In this document: positions 20,994 through 30,456 of the stretch, in pieces
Layout: each line of letters opens with the position of its first letter
Position numbering within the stretch: the stretch's first letter is position 1
Origin: an uncultured Candidatus Entotheonella sp.
GTDB taxonomy: Bacteria; Tectomicrobia; Entotheonellia; Entotheonellales; Entotheonellaceae
Length of the DNA stretch: 64,000 nt
Reading direction: 5' to 3'
Assembly: GCA_965217185.1 (NCBI GenBank)
Contig: OZ244252.1
Location: 224,001 to 288,000, forward strand
The notes under the pieces: generated by a model
The model's database searches: none
What the model was told of the DNA's origin: nothing
Seen by the model: the letters and a program-made list of their open reading frames with translations, nothing else
Made by a program: the position numbers and the translations under genes

Positions 20994-21257
20994 TTACGTC
21001 TCCATCGGCACGCCGCAGCCAGTGGACGGTGATAGCACGAACAGGAAGGCGACGATCAGCACCAGGGTCGCCTCCGAGCGCGAGGTCAGCACGCGGTCGG
21101 AGACCTGCAGCATGAATAGCGGGCCGGTCAGCATCAGGAGATTGACGAAAGCGCTGAACAGGCCGACGGAGAGAAACAGCCGCCGGCTCTCGCCCAGCGC
21201 CGCACGGATTTCGTGGGCGCCGGCGGTGTCCCGACCCCTGACCGACCGCATTGTCAC
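20994..21257 (-). pseudogene. Second, shorter PrtD-type N-terminal fragment
   Basis: Same VNLLMLTGPLFMLQ.SDRVLTSRSEATL block with a 3-aa deletion, followed by an unrelated tail. Confidence 0.8.
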
Positions 21258-21334
21258 GGCCTGTCCGCTATCGGCCGGATCTCCGAAATGCTTCTCATCA
21301 GGGTGATCGAGGCGAAACGGAAGCAGCCGTCCGG

Positions 21335-24300
21335 TTAAATAGCGTCTATCAATTCCTCAACCGAAAGCGTGTAGGTACCAAGAGACCGACCGTGGGAATC
21401 GTCGGTGTGCATGTGTCCGCCGCTTGCCGCAACCAAGTAGTAGGTGCCGTCTTCGTCCGGCGTGAACGTCACGCGGCTATTGAGGCCCTCACCGCTATCC
21501 TGGTCGCTTGTCCACACATTTTGCGACCAACCACCGCTGTCATGAACAATGCGCAGCACGTCACCATTGGCATCGCGCATTGTATGAAGAAACGGATTTT
21601 CCAGCGTTCCGCCGTCCGTTTCCGATCCCTCCATGTCGATTTGGTAGGTCTTGCCTGCTTCGAGGGTAACGGCGAACCAGTCTTGGTCGCCTTGGGCCTC
21701 GATCTCGCCGGTAACGGAATCACCGACCGCGACCGTGCCGGTCGTGTCGGTATCGTCCCTGAAATCGTCAATCGACACTTGCAGCGTGTAGGTGCCGACA
21801 TCTTCCTCGCGGTCACCGCTCATAAAACTCCCGGCCGCTATGTAATAGGTGCCGTCCTCATCGGGTGTGAATAACACTTCGCTGTTGGAATGAGGGCCGC
21901 TTGCGTAATCGGTCGTGCCGTAAATGGAGCGACCGTCGCCATCATGGATTCCGCGAATGTAGGGATCTTGCAGCGTTCCACCTTTACCACGCCCTCCCAA
22001 GAGCTCGACCTTGTAGGTTTCTCCCGCCGTCAGCTCGACGGCAAACCAGTCGCGGTCGGTTTCATACTGCATTTCGCCCGTGGCGGTACCGCCGACCTCG
22101 ACCGTGCCAGTCGTGTCGACTGTCTGCGGAAAATCGTCCTCGATTTCCGTAACCCGCACGGTGTAAGTGCCGGTTGCGCCGCGGGATGGGTCGCCTACCG
22201 CCAGGTAGTAGGTGCCGACCTCGTCCGGCGTGAAAAATACTTGCTCATCCTCATAATGTTCGACCGGATGCGGACCCCATGCGAAACCTTGGATGGTTAT
22301 TGGGTCAGACACCCCTTGAAGCCAGTAGCCGTCGGTGTCGTATACACGGTACAGACGTCCGAACGGCAGCGTTCCACCGCCCGATATTGCTCCCCCAACG
22401 TCGATCTGGTACGTCTTGCCCGCCTCCAGCTCCACCGCGAACAAGTCGCTGTCGCTCTGATACTGGATTTCGCCGGTGGCGGAGCCGCCGACCTCGACCG
22501 TGCCAGTCGTCCCCCTCCTATCCCCCGAGAAATCGTCTTCCCACACCCTCACCTCATAGGTGCCCAAGCTGGTGTTATAGGCGCTGGCCGCCGCGATGTA
22601 GTATGTGCCGTCCGTCTCCGCGGTGAAGTGCACCCGGCTATTTTTGCCGCTGCCCGCGACGCGGTCGACCGTGCCGGGTATTTGGTTGCCCTCAGCATCG
22701 TAGATGCCGCTCAAATAGGGGCTGTACAAGGTGCCGTCATTCGTCGAACGGCCTTTCAGATCGATGTGGTAACCCTGGCCCGCTGCCAACTCGACCGCAA
22801 ACCAGTCGCCGTCGCCCTGATACTGGATTTCGCCGGTGGCGGTGCCGCCGATTTCGACAGTGCCAGTCGTGTCGACTGTCGACGGAAAATCGTCCTCCAT
22901 TTCCGTGACCCGCACGGTGTAAGTGCCGGTGCTGGTGAATTCGCCGTTGCTTGCCGCCACGTAGTAGGTGCCGTCCTCGTCCGGCGTGAAAAATACTTGG
23001 TCATCATCTACTCGGACACGTCCAACATGGACTGTTGATCGGTCATATACGCCGGGAATACGATTACCGTCGGCATCGTAAACACCGTGCAGGCGTCCGC
23101 TCGGCAGCGTTCCACCGCCCGTCCGGACCCCACCCGTGTCGATCTGGTACGTCTTGCCCGCCTCCAGCTCCACCGCGAACCAGTCGTGATCGTCCGCAGA
23201 CTCGATTTCGCCGGTGGCGGAGCCGCCGACCTCGACCGTGCCAGTCGTGTCGACTGTCGCCGGGAAATCGTCCTCGACTGTCGTCGGCAAATCGTCCCCG
23301 ATTGTCGCCGGCAAATCGTCCTCGATTGTTCTGGGCGTGTCCGTCACCTCGACCTCGTAGGTGCCTTGGCCGGAATAGGCCCCCGCCGCGATGTAGTGGG
23401 TGCCGCTCTCGGTTGCCGTGAAGGTCACCCGGCTGTTGTAGCCTTGGCCCCCGTCGTCGTTCGTCGTACGCGGAATGAGATTGCCGTCGGAATCGTGGAT
23501 GCCGCGCAGATAGGGATCGCTCAGCGTGCCGTCGTCCGTGGAGCTGCCTCTCAGATCGATGACGTAGGTCCGGCCCGCCACCAGCTCGACCGCAAACCAG
23601 TCGCGGTCGCCATTGCTCCCGATGTTGCCCGTGGCCGTGTCGCCGCCCGCCACCCGCCCGCTCGTGGAGGTGCCCGCCGAGAAGTCCTCTCCGGCAGGTT
23701 CCGATACCGTCTGCGGCGTACTCTGATCCGGTTGCGCAACAGGCGGATCGACCTCCACCGGGTCATCCACGTCCGTGACATTGACGGCCACGGTGGTGTC
23801 GGTCGTCTGATCCCCGTCACTCGCCCGGACAGTCAGCTCGAAGCGGGTGAAACCGGTCTCGTAGTCCTCGCCCCCGCCCGTGTAGAACAGCTCGCCGCCG
23901 GCCGCGTCGATCTCGAACAGCCCCGCCGCGTTGCCGCCCTCGATGCTATAGGTCACCGACCCGCCGTCCGGATCCGTCGCCGAGACCGTGCCCAGCGATA
24001 TCCGGTTCGCGCTGCCGTCCGTGTTCTCCGCCAGATCGAAGCCGTAGCCCGCCTGCCCAAACGCCGGTGCTTCCGCCACGTCGGTGACGCTGACGGTCGC
24101 GGTGGTGTCGGTCGTCTGATCCCCGTCGCTCGCCCGGACAGTCAGCTCGAAGCTGGTCGAACCGGTCTCGTAGTCCTCGCCCCCGCCCGTGTAGAACAGC
24201 TCGCCGCTGGCCGCATCGATCTCGAACAGCCCCGCCGCGTTGCCGCCCTCGATGCTGTAGGTCACCGACCCGCCGTCCGGATCCGTTGCCGAGACCGTGC

Positions 24301-26338
24301 CCAGTGATATCCGGTTCGTGCTGCCGTCCGCGTTCTCCGCCAGATCGAAGCCGTAGCCCGCCTGCCCAAACGCCGGTGCTTCCGCCACGTCGGTGACGCT
24401 GACGGTCGCGGTGGTGTCGGTCGTCTGATCCCCGTCGCTCGCCCGGACAGTCAGCTCGAAGCTGGTCGAACCGGTCTCGTAGTCCTCGCCCCCGCCCGTG
24501 TAGAACAGCTCGCCGCTGGCCGCATCGATCTCGAACAGCCCCGCCGCGTTGCCGCCCTCGATGCTGTAGGTCACCGACCCGCCGTCCGGATCCGTTGCCG
24601 AGACCGTGCCCAGCGATATCCGGTCCGCGCTGCCGTCCGTGTTCTCCGGGAGTTCGAAACCGTAGAACTGAGAGCCGAATGCCGGTGGCTGCTGCTGAAC
24701 CTGCTCCTGCGGGTCCGGCGGCTCCTCGGAATCCGGGTCCGGCGCCACGATCGGCGGCGAGGTGTCCGTCACCTCGACCTCGTAGGTGCCCTGGCCGGAA
24801 AAGACCCCCGCCGCGCCCGCCGCGATGTAGTGGGTGCCGCTCTCGGTTGCCGTGAAGGTCACCCGGCTGTTGTAGCCTTGGCCCCCGTCGTCGTTCGTCG
24901 TACGCGGAATGAGATTGCCGTCGGAATCGTGGATGCCGCCCAGATAGGGATCGCTCAGCGTGCCGTCGTCCGTGCGGCTGCCTCTCAGATCGATGACGTA
25001 GGTCCGCCCCGCCACCAGCTCGACCGCAAACCAGTCGCGGTCGCCATTGCTCCCGATGTTGCCCGTGGCCGTGTCGCCGACCGCCACCCGCCCGCTCGTG
25101 GAGGCGCCCGCCGAGAAGTCCTCGCCGGAAGGCTCGGATACCGTCTGCGGCGTACTCTGATCCGGTTGCGCAACAGGCGGATTGCCCTCCACCGGCTCAT
25201 CCACGTCGGTGACGTTGACGGTCGCGGTGGTATCGGTCGTCTGATCCCCGTCGCTCGCCCGGACGGTCAGCTCGAAGCTGGTGGAACCGGTCTCGTAGTC
25301 CTCGCCCCCGCCCGTGTAGAACAACTCGCCGCTGGCCGCGTCGATCTCGAACAGCCCTGCCGCGTTGCCGCCCTCGATGCTGTAGGTCAGCGTGTCGCCT
25401 TCCGGGTCTACCGCCGAGACCGTGCCCAGCGATATCCGGTTCGCGCTGCCGTCCGTGTTCTCCGGGAGGTCGAAACCGTAGAACTGAGAGCCGAATGCCG
25501 GTGGCTGCTGCTGAACCTGCTCCTGCACCGATTCCTGCTCCGCCTCCAGCCGCGTCACTTCGGCCGGGTCCGCGTCGCCCACGCCGTAGCGGAACACATA
25601 GGCGTTCGCACCCGCCTCCTGCGCCTCCACCCGTACGTAGTACGTCCCCGCCAGCAGCGTCTCGCGCAGCCACTCGTTGGTCGTGCCGGAACGCTCGCTG
25701 CTGTGCAGCACGTTGCCGGCCGCGTCCTCCAGCACCAGGTCCGCATCGGCGTCCTGGCGCCGAAGCCCAAGCGCCACCTCGCGCGCCTCGCTCAGCGTGA
25801 ACCGGTACCAGGCCACCGTATCGCCGCCGCCGTCCAGCGTGCCCAGCGGAAACCGCGGCGCCGCCAACTCCGTGATGTCCCCGAGGTCCTCGGCCGCCGC
25901 ACGCGCCGGCTCCTCCGATGCGACCGTTTCCGCAGGCGGCTCGACCGGTGGCGGGTCCTCCACCGGCCCCGGCGTCACGTCCGACACCCTCAGCGTGTAG
26001 CTCCCCGTCTCGTCGCGGTCCCCCGACGCACGCACGTAGTACGTCCCGCTCTGCGACGCGGTGAACGTCACCCGGCTGTCGCGGCTGCCGCCGAAGTCGT
26101 CGTTGTAGCTGTCCGACTGGTAGCGCCCCTCGCTGTCGTAGATGGCTCGCAGGAAGGTGTCGCTGAGCGTCCCGCCGCCGCTCGGGCTGCCTCCGAGGTC
26201 AAACTGGTAGGTCCGCCCCGCCTCCAGCTCCACCGCGAACCAGTCCTGGTCATAGGCCGTCTCGATGACGCCGGTGGCCGAGCCGCCCACCGCGACAGCG
26301 CCCGTGGTCTGTACGTTGGCTGAATAGTCGTCAGACAT
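21335..26338 (-). CDS. Large acidic repeat protein with ~9 PPC-like beta-sandwich repeats and 4 cadherin repeats (putative T1SS adhesin)
   Basis: Repeated DDF..TTGTVEVGG.ATGEI...DWFAVEL.AG.TY units and ENTDGS...DPDG...LFEID...DYE...ASDG...VTDV cadherin units. No Sec signal; GGAG RBS. Confidence 0.88.
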   Translation of the reverse strand: MSDDYSANVQTTGAVAVGGSATGVIETAYDQDWFAVELEAGRTYQFDLGGSPSGGGTLSDTFLRAIYDSEGRYQSDSYNDDFGGSRDSRVTFTASQSGTYYVRASGDRDETGSYTLRVSDVTPGPVEDPPPVEPPAETVASEEPARAAAEDLGDITELAAPRFPLGTLDGGGDTVAWYRFTLSEAREVALGLRRQDADADLVLEDAAGNVLHSSERSGTTNEWLRETLLAGTYYVRVEAQEAGANAYVFRYGVGDADPAEVTRLEAEQESVQEQVQQQPPAFGSQFYGFDLPENTDGSANRISLGTVSAVDPEGDTLTYSIEGGNAAGLFEIDAASGELFYTGGGEDYETGSTSFELTVRASDGDQTTDTTATVNVTDVDEPVEGNPPVAQPDQSTPQTVSEPSGEDFSAGASTSGRVAVGDTATGNIGSNGDRDWFAVELVAGRTYVIDLRGSRTDDGTLSDPYLGGIHDSDGNLIPRTTNDDGGQGYNSRVTFTATESGTHYIAAGAAGVFSGQGTYEVEVTDTSPPIVAPDPDSEEPPDPQEQVQQQPPAFGSQFYGFELPENTDGSADRISLGTVSATDPDGGSVTYSIEGGNAAGLFEIDAASGELFYTGGGEDYETGSTSFELTVRASDGDQTTDTTATVSVTDVAEAPAFGQAGYGFDLAENADGSTNRISLGTVSATDPDGGSVTYSIEGGNAAGLFEIDAASGELFYTGGGEDYETGSTSFELTVRASDGDQTTDTTATVSVTDVAEAPAFGQAGYGFDLAENTDGSANRISLGTVSATDPDGGSVTYSIEGGNAAGLFEIDAAGGELFYTGGGEDYETGFTRFELTVRASDGDQTTDTTVAVNVTDVDDPVEVDPPVAQPDQSTPQTVSEPAGEDFSAGTSTSGRVAGGDTATGNIGSNGDRDWFAVELVAGRTYVIDLRGSSTDDGTLSDPYLRGIHDSDGNLIPRTTNDDGGQGYNSRVTFTATESGTHYIAAGAYSGQGTYEVEVTDTPRTIEDDLPATIGDDLPTTVEDDFPATVDTTGTVEVGGSATGEIESADDHDWFAVELEAGKTYQIDTGGVRTGGGTLPSGRLHGVYDADGNRIPGVYDRSTVHVGRVRVDDDQVFFTPDEDGTYYVAASNGEFTSTGTYTVRVTEMEDDFPSTVDTTGTVEIGGTATGEIQYQGDGDWFAVELAAGQGYHIDLKGRSTNDGTLYSPYLSGIYDAEGNQIPGTVDRVAGSGKNSRVHFTAETDGTYYIAAASAYNTSLGTYEVRVWEDDFSGDRRGTTGTVEVGGSATGEIQYQSDSDLFAVELEAGKTYQIDVGGAISGGGTLPFGRLYRVYDTDGYWLQGVSDPITIQGFAWGPHPVEHYEDEQVFFTPDEVGTYYLAVGDPSRGATGTYTVRVTEIEDDFPQTVDTTGTVEVGGTATGEMQYETDRDWFAVELTAGETYKVELLGGRGKGGTLQDPYIRGIHDGDGRSIYGTTDYASGPHSNSEVLFTPDEDGTYYIAAGSFMSGDREEDVGTYTLQVSIDDFRDDTDTTGTVAVGDSVTGEIEAQGDQDWFAVTLEAGKTYQIDMEGSETDGGTLENPFLHTMRDANGDVLRIVHDSGGWSQNVWTSDQDSGEGLNSRVTFTPDEDGTYYLVAASGGHMHTDDSHGRSLGTYTLSVEELIDAI
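23250..23329. repeat. 24-bp tandem repeat (about 3.3 copies) in a linker
   Basis: TCGACTGTCGCCGGGAAATCGTCC-type units encoding IEDDLPAT-IGDDLPTT-VEDDFPAT. Confidence 0.85.
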
Positions 26339-26801
26339 GATGAAGCTCCTTTGCGGGCGTTTACAGGTGTTGTTCGGTTGTTGCCGGCTCGCTCCGGCAG
26401 TGCATGCGCATGCCGCTTGCCCTCACGTCGCCCGAGCGCGTGTAGCTACGGTTCTTGCCCGCCGTGAAGACGTGTGATGCAAGGCGGGTGGTTGTCGTCC
26501 CGCGCCCGAGGCGCAGTCATGGCTTCGGGGCTCGGCCAAGGCCAACGCCTTCAGCCGTCAACCCAAAACCTTCAAACCACGTCGCACCAATCGAACTCAT
26601 TACCCTGCTTCCCTCCCGAGTTGCGTTTTCCAACCCCGGCGCGGCGGCCGTAGCCAAGCCGCCACCGGACGGGAGGAGACTGTAACATAAGCCAGCCAAA
26701 GTCCTTGCATACAAAAAATTATGGTCTATGACATATATACATTTTGTCTGAAAATGTCTCTCCCGATGCCTCATGACACCCCATCGCACCGAGTTGCAGG
26801 C

Positions 26802-27182
26802 ATGAAACCGCGTCTCGCCGCGCCACTTACTCGCTGGAACCTAAGGCTTGCGGCACGGAGAGTGCACTGTGCGCCAAGGGACGACATAGTGGAGGTTGAC
26901 TTCAAGACCACCAACGAAGGAACAGCCACCGAGGGGGTGGACTTTCGGAAACTGCGGTACACGCTGTTCTTCTTTCCCGGGGAGACCACGTGCGGGATGA
27001 CCGTCTGGTTGGTCAACGATTCGCTCAATGACGATGGGGAGACGATGATCGTCAGGCTCACCGGGGCGCGGTTGCCGCATCCGCGGAGCGGAGACGTGAA
27101 GGGACCGGTCGACCTTTCAGACGACGCGGATCAGGGAGAGGCGCGATCCAGAAGTTATCCGCCAACTCAAAGGCACGAGTGA
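26802..27182 (+). pseudogene. Isolated Calx-beta domain fragment
   Basis: VEVDFKTTNEGTATEGVDF...TLFFFPGET...VNDSLNDDGETMIVRL. Start uncertain; no signal peptide. Confidence 0.65.
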
Positions 27183-27204
27183 GGCGAGAGTCTGGCAGCG
27201 CGGC

Positions 27205-27257
27205 GGTCAGTAGCTGCCGTAGACGCCGAGCGAGGAGCGCAGGCGTTCCTGCATCGG
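27205..27257. repeat. Right 53-bp direct repeat (3' end of the ThDP enzyme gene)
   Basis: Matches 20532-20584; the single difference is synonymous (TAC/TAT). Confidence 0.95.
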
Positions 27258-28925
27258 TTCGGAAGGATCGATGGTGACGTCGACGACTGCCGGCTTCTGG
27301 CCGCTCAGGGCCTCGCGCACGGCGGGTTGGATGTCGTCCGGCTGTCCCACCTTGAGACCCACGCAGCCGTAGCCCTGCGCGACCGCCGCCCAGTCGGTGC
27401 GCACGAACTCCGAGGCGACCGGCTGGTCTCCCTGCCCCTGGCGCACCATGCCCAATTGGGCGTCGTTCATCACCACATAGGTCACCGGCGCGTCATATTG
27501 CAAGGCGGTGCTCAGCACGTGATTCTGCATGGCGAAGCCGTCGCTGCATACCGACACGCATTGACGGTCCGGGTGGAGCAGCTTGGCCGTCAGTGCCGCA
27601 GGGAGCGACCAGCTCATGCCGGCGATGCCGTAGGTGCCGAAGTAGTTGCCGGCCTGCTGGGTTTGAAAGTAGCGCAGCATCCACACCCGGTTGTTACCGG
27701 CGTCGGCACACACGATGGCGTCGGGGTCCAGGGTTTCGGACAACTCCCTGGCCAGCCGTTGCGGGAGGATGGGCACGGCGCCCGAGGCGCTGTAGGTGTC
27801 GTCGAAGTAGTGGAGGGTTTGTTTGTCGGCTTGCAGTTGGGCAAAGCGCGGCAGGTCGGTATAGGCGGGGCGTTTGTCGGCGCCGTCGGCCAGGGCTTCG
27901 TTGAGTTGGGCGAGGGTGGCCTTGGCGTCGCCGATCAGGCCGAGGTCGATGGGGAAGACCCAGCCGGCGTTGCGCGGCTCGACGTCGAGCTGGATCAGCG
28001 TTTGGCGGTGGGGATCGATCAGGTGCGGACTCTCTGTAATCGTGTCCGGGCCCTTTAACCGGCAGCCGACGATGAGCACGAGGTCGGCCTCGCTGACGAC
28101 CTTGTTGGCCACCGGCGAGCCGAAAATGCCCATGCCGCCGAGCGCCAGCGGGTGGACTTCTGCAAACACCCCTTTGCCTAGCGTGCTGGTGGCGACGGGG
28201 ATGCCGAGAGCCTCAGCCAGGGTTTGCAGTTCGGCGTAAGCCTTGGAAGCGTGCACGCCGTTGCCGGCCACAATCACGGGTCGTTCGGCAGCCAGCAGGC
28301 GCTCAATGGCGCGCTCAATGTCGCTGGGGTGCGGAATCGTCGAGGCATTCTGCATGTAACCCCGCGTGTCGTAAATGCGCGGGAACGTATCGTCCGTGAT
28401 CTCGCCGCGCAGCGACTCGATGGCCAGCACCGCGGCCGTCGGACCCGGGCGTCCGGTGACCGCGTGCTTGATGGCGCGTTGCACCGCCTGCACGCCCTCG
28501 CCGGGGCTGTGCGCGACCGCGGTGAATTTGCAGGTTGCCTTGAAAATCGCCGCGATGTCGAAATTGCCGTATTCCCCGCCGCCGCATTGCAGGGAGCCGT
28601 GGCCGGGCGGCACGCCGTACGTGGTGATGTCGGTAATCACCAGCATCGGCGAGCTGCCGAGCCCTGCTTCGATGACGCCGAACAGCCCGGTGGAGGCGGC
28701 GTAGCAGCCCTGCGCCATGAACACCCCCGGCTTGCCGGTCAGGCGGCCATACATGTCGGCCATGCACGCCGCCGTTTGCTCGTCGCGTGCCAGCACCACC
28801 CTTATTTTGTCCTGCTTGCCGTACAGCGCCTTGAATATCTGACCGGTGTCGCCGCCAGGAAGCCCGAAGACGTGATCGATGCCTGCTTCTTCGAGAACGT
28901 TGACAATTTTATCAACGGTGCGCAT
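27207..28925 (-). CDS. Thiamine pyrophosphate-binding protein (acetolactate synthase-like)
   Basis: HVFGLPGG, ARDEQTAACMADMYGRLTG, GRPGP, SDGFAM...MND..LGMV. Confidence 0.9.
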   Translation of the reverse strand: MRTVDKIVNVLEEAGIDHVFGLPGGDTGQIFKALYGKQDKIRVVLARDEQTAACMADMYGRLTGKPGVFMAQGCYAASTGLFGVIEAGLGSSPMLVITDITTYGVPPGHGSLQCGGGEYGNFDIAAIFKATCKFTAVAHSPGEGVQAVQRAIKHAVTGRPGPTAAVLAIESLRGEITDDTFPRIYDTRGYMQNASTIPHPSDIERAIERLLAAERPVIVAGNGVHASKAYAELQTLAEALGIPVATSTLGKGVFAEVHPLALGGMGIFGSPVANKVVSEADLVLIVGCRLKGPDTITESPHLIDPHRQTLIQLDVEPRNAGWVFPIDLGLIGDAKATLAQLNEALADGADKRPAYTDLPRFAQLQADKQTLHYFDDTYSASGAVPILPQRLARELSETLDPDAIVCADAGNNRVWMLRYFQTQQAGNYFGTYGIAGMSWSLPAALTAKLLHPDRQCVSVCSDGFAMQNHVLSTALQYDAPVTYVVMNDAQLGMVRQGQGDQPVASEFVRTDWAAVAQGYGCVGLKVGQPDDIQPAVREALSGQKPAVVDVTIDPSEPMQERLRSSLGVYGSY

Positions 28926-28963
28926 GCCGAGGTTTCCTCACATGAGTTGGGGTCCGGAACCGT

Positions 28964-29221
28964 TTTTGCACAAAAATCAGGGATTTCCGGGGGGGCGGAT
29001 GCCTTCCTGTGGATAAACGCGACAGTCGTTTGTCGCATTTTGCAGCAGTTCCCTGCTTACAAAATTGTGCAAATCCATAAGTTACGAAATATCATATACT
29101 TATGGAATTGACCTAAAGATGGGCATTTTGCTCTAGAACCGCAAAATAGCGTCATTTAGCCGCCCTGCGAGTTTCTCTTTTCCCCATCTTTTCCACAAAC
29201 CCTGTTAACAACTCCGTTAAC
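28964..29221. promoter_or_regulatory. AT-rich DnaA-box cluster with IHF-like palindrome (oriC- or datA-like)
   Basis: TGTGGATAA 29008-29016 (perfect box), TTTTGCACA 28964-28972, TTTTCCACA 29189-29197, TGTGCAAAT 29066-29074. TCCATAAGT-N15-ACTTATGGA at 29074-29106. Confidence 0.55.
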
Positions 29222-29255
29222 CCATTCAATTGCCGATTTTTGCCGCCTTTCGGAC

Positions 29256-30398
29256 CTACGCGACGACTTCGTCGGGCAGATTGATGCCGTAGAGGTTGAG
29301 AACGTTCCGGCTGGTCATTTTTTCCTTCTCGTCCTCGGGGACACCATCGAAAATGCGATCCAGCACCGACATGGAATGCGGCCAGATGGAGTCGTGGTGC
29401 GGGTAGTCATTACCCCAGATGAGGTTGTCCACGCCAATCAGGTGGCGGGTCAGCACGCCGGCCACGTCGTCCTCAAACGTGGCATAGAACTGGCGCCGGA
29501 AATAGTCGCTGGGTTCCATCGTGAGGTCGGGAGACGCTTCCGAGCGGGTGCGGTAGGTGGCGTGGTCGAGGCGCTGCAGGACGTGCGCCAGCCAGCCGGT
29601 CTCGAATTCGCAGCACACGAAGCGCAGCTTGGGATGATGCTCGGCAACGCCGCCGCAAATCAGTTGCGCCATGGTGGCGACCATACCGCCGTGCGTCATG
29701 GTGTAGCCAATGATGCTGCGTCCGGGGTTTCCCCAGTGCGCCGGCAGGCCCATATCCGGCGTGCTGCCGCAGAAGATGTGCATGGAGACGGGCAGGTTGA
29801 CTTCTTCCGCCGCTTCCCAGAAGGGCTCGAAATCCGGGTGGTTATAGGGCTTGTCGAGCGGCGCCGTGCAGGGGATGGCCACGCCGCGGATGCCCATCTT
29901 GGCAACGCGGTGCAATTCGGCGATGGCTTCTTCGACGTCGGGCAGGGGCAGGCAGGCGATGCCGATCAGGCGGTCCGGGGCATGGCTCCCGTACTCATGG
30001 ATCCAGTCGTTGTGCCGCCGGAACACCGCGTGCACCACGTCCCGCTCGGGATAGGCGAACGCCGCCATGTTGACGCTGGGATACATGACCTCGCCGACGA
30101 TGCCGTCGACCGCTTGTTCCTCAAGACGGGCTGCCGGATTGTGGACGCCCGGGTTCAGGCCGTCGTAGCCGCGTTCCATGAGCTCATGCGTCTTGGGGTC
30201 ATCGAGGCGATTGCCGGCGATGCCGAGGCGGCCGATGTTCATGAGCGTCTCGCCATAGGCCACGTAAGTGCCCTTGCGTCCGTCCGGGTCGTTCACGATA
30301 CGCGGCGCGCGGCTGCCGAAACGTTCTTCCAGGCCGGCAAATACCTCGGGCGGTTCGACGACGTGCGAGTCGCATGAATAATACCTGCTCATGGTCAT
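29256..30398 (-). CDS. Amidohydrolase family (Amidohydro_2) protein
   Basis: SCDSHVVEP, HNDWIHEY, PVSMH, EFETGW, WGNDYPHHDSIWP. Confidence 0.9.
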   Translation of the reverse strand: MTMSRYYSCDSHVVEPPEVFAGLEERFGSRAPRIVNDPDGRKGTYVAYGETLMNIGRLGIAGNRLDDPKTHELMERGYDGLNPGVHNPAARLEEQAVDGIVGEVMYPSVNMAAFAYPERDVVHAVFRRHNDWIHEYGSHAPDRLIGIACLPLPDVEEAIAELHRVAKMGIRGVAIPCTAPLDKPYNHPDFEPFWEAAEEVNLPVSMHIFCGSTPDMGLPAHWGNPGRSIIGYTMTHGGMVATMAQLICGGVAEHHPKLRFVCCEFETGWLAHVLQRLDHATYRTRSEASPDLTMEPSDYFRRQFYATFEDDVAGVLTRHLIGVDNLIWGNDYPHHDSIWPHSMSVLDRIFDGVPEDEKEKMTSRNVLNLYGINLPDEVVA

Positions 30399-30456
30399 GT
30401 CTCCTTTTGGTTATCGGGCCATCGGAACCTCAAAGCGGGGCGCTAGTCTGGTCTTT

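Noticed and set aside
23250..23329. Short periodic repeats as a possible CRISPR array
   Set aside because: Head-to-tail 24-bp coding repeats without unique spacers; no cas genes.
21335..26338. Diversity-generating retroelement acting on the repeat protein
   Set aside because: No reverse transcriptase in the window. Repeat differences include length changes and do not look adenine-specific.
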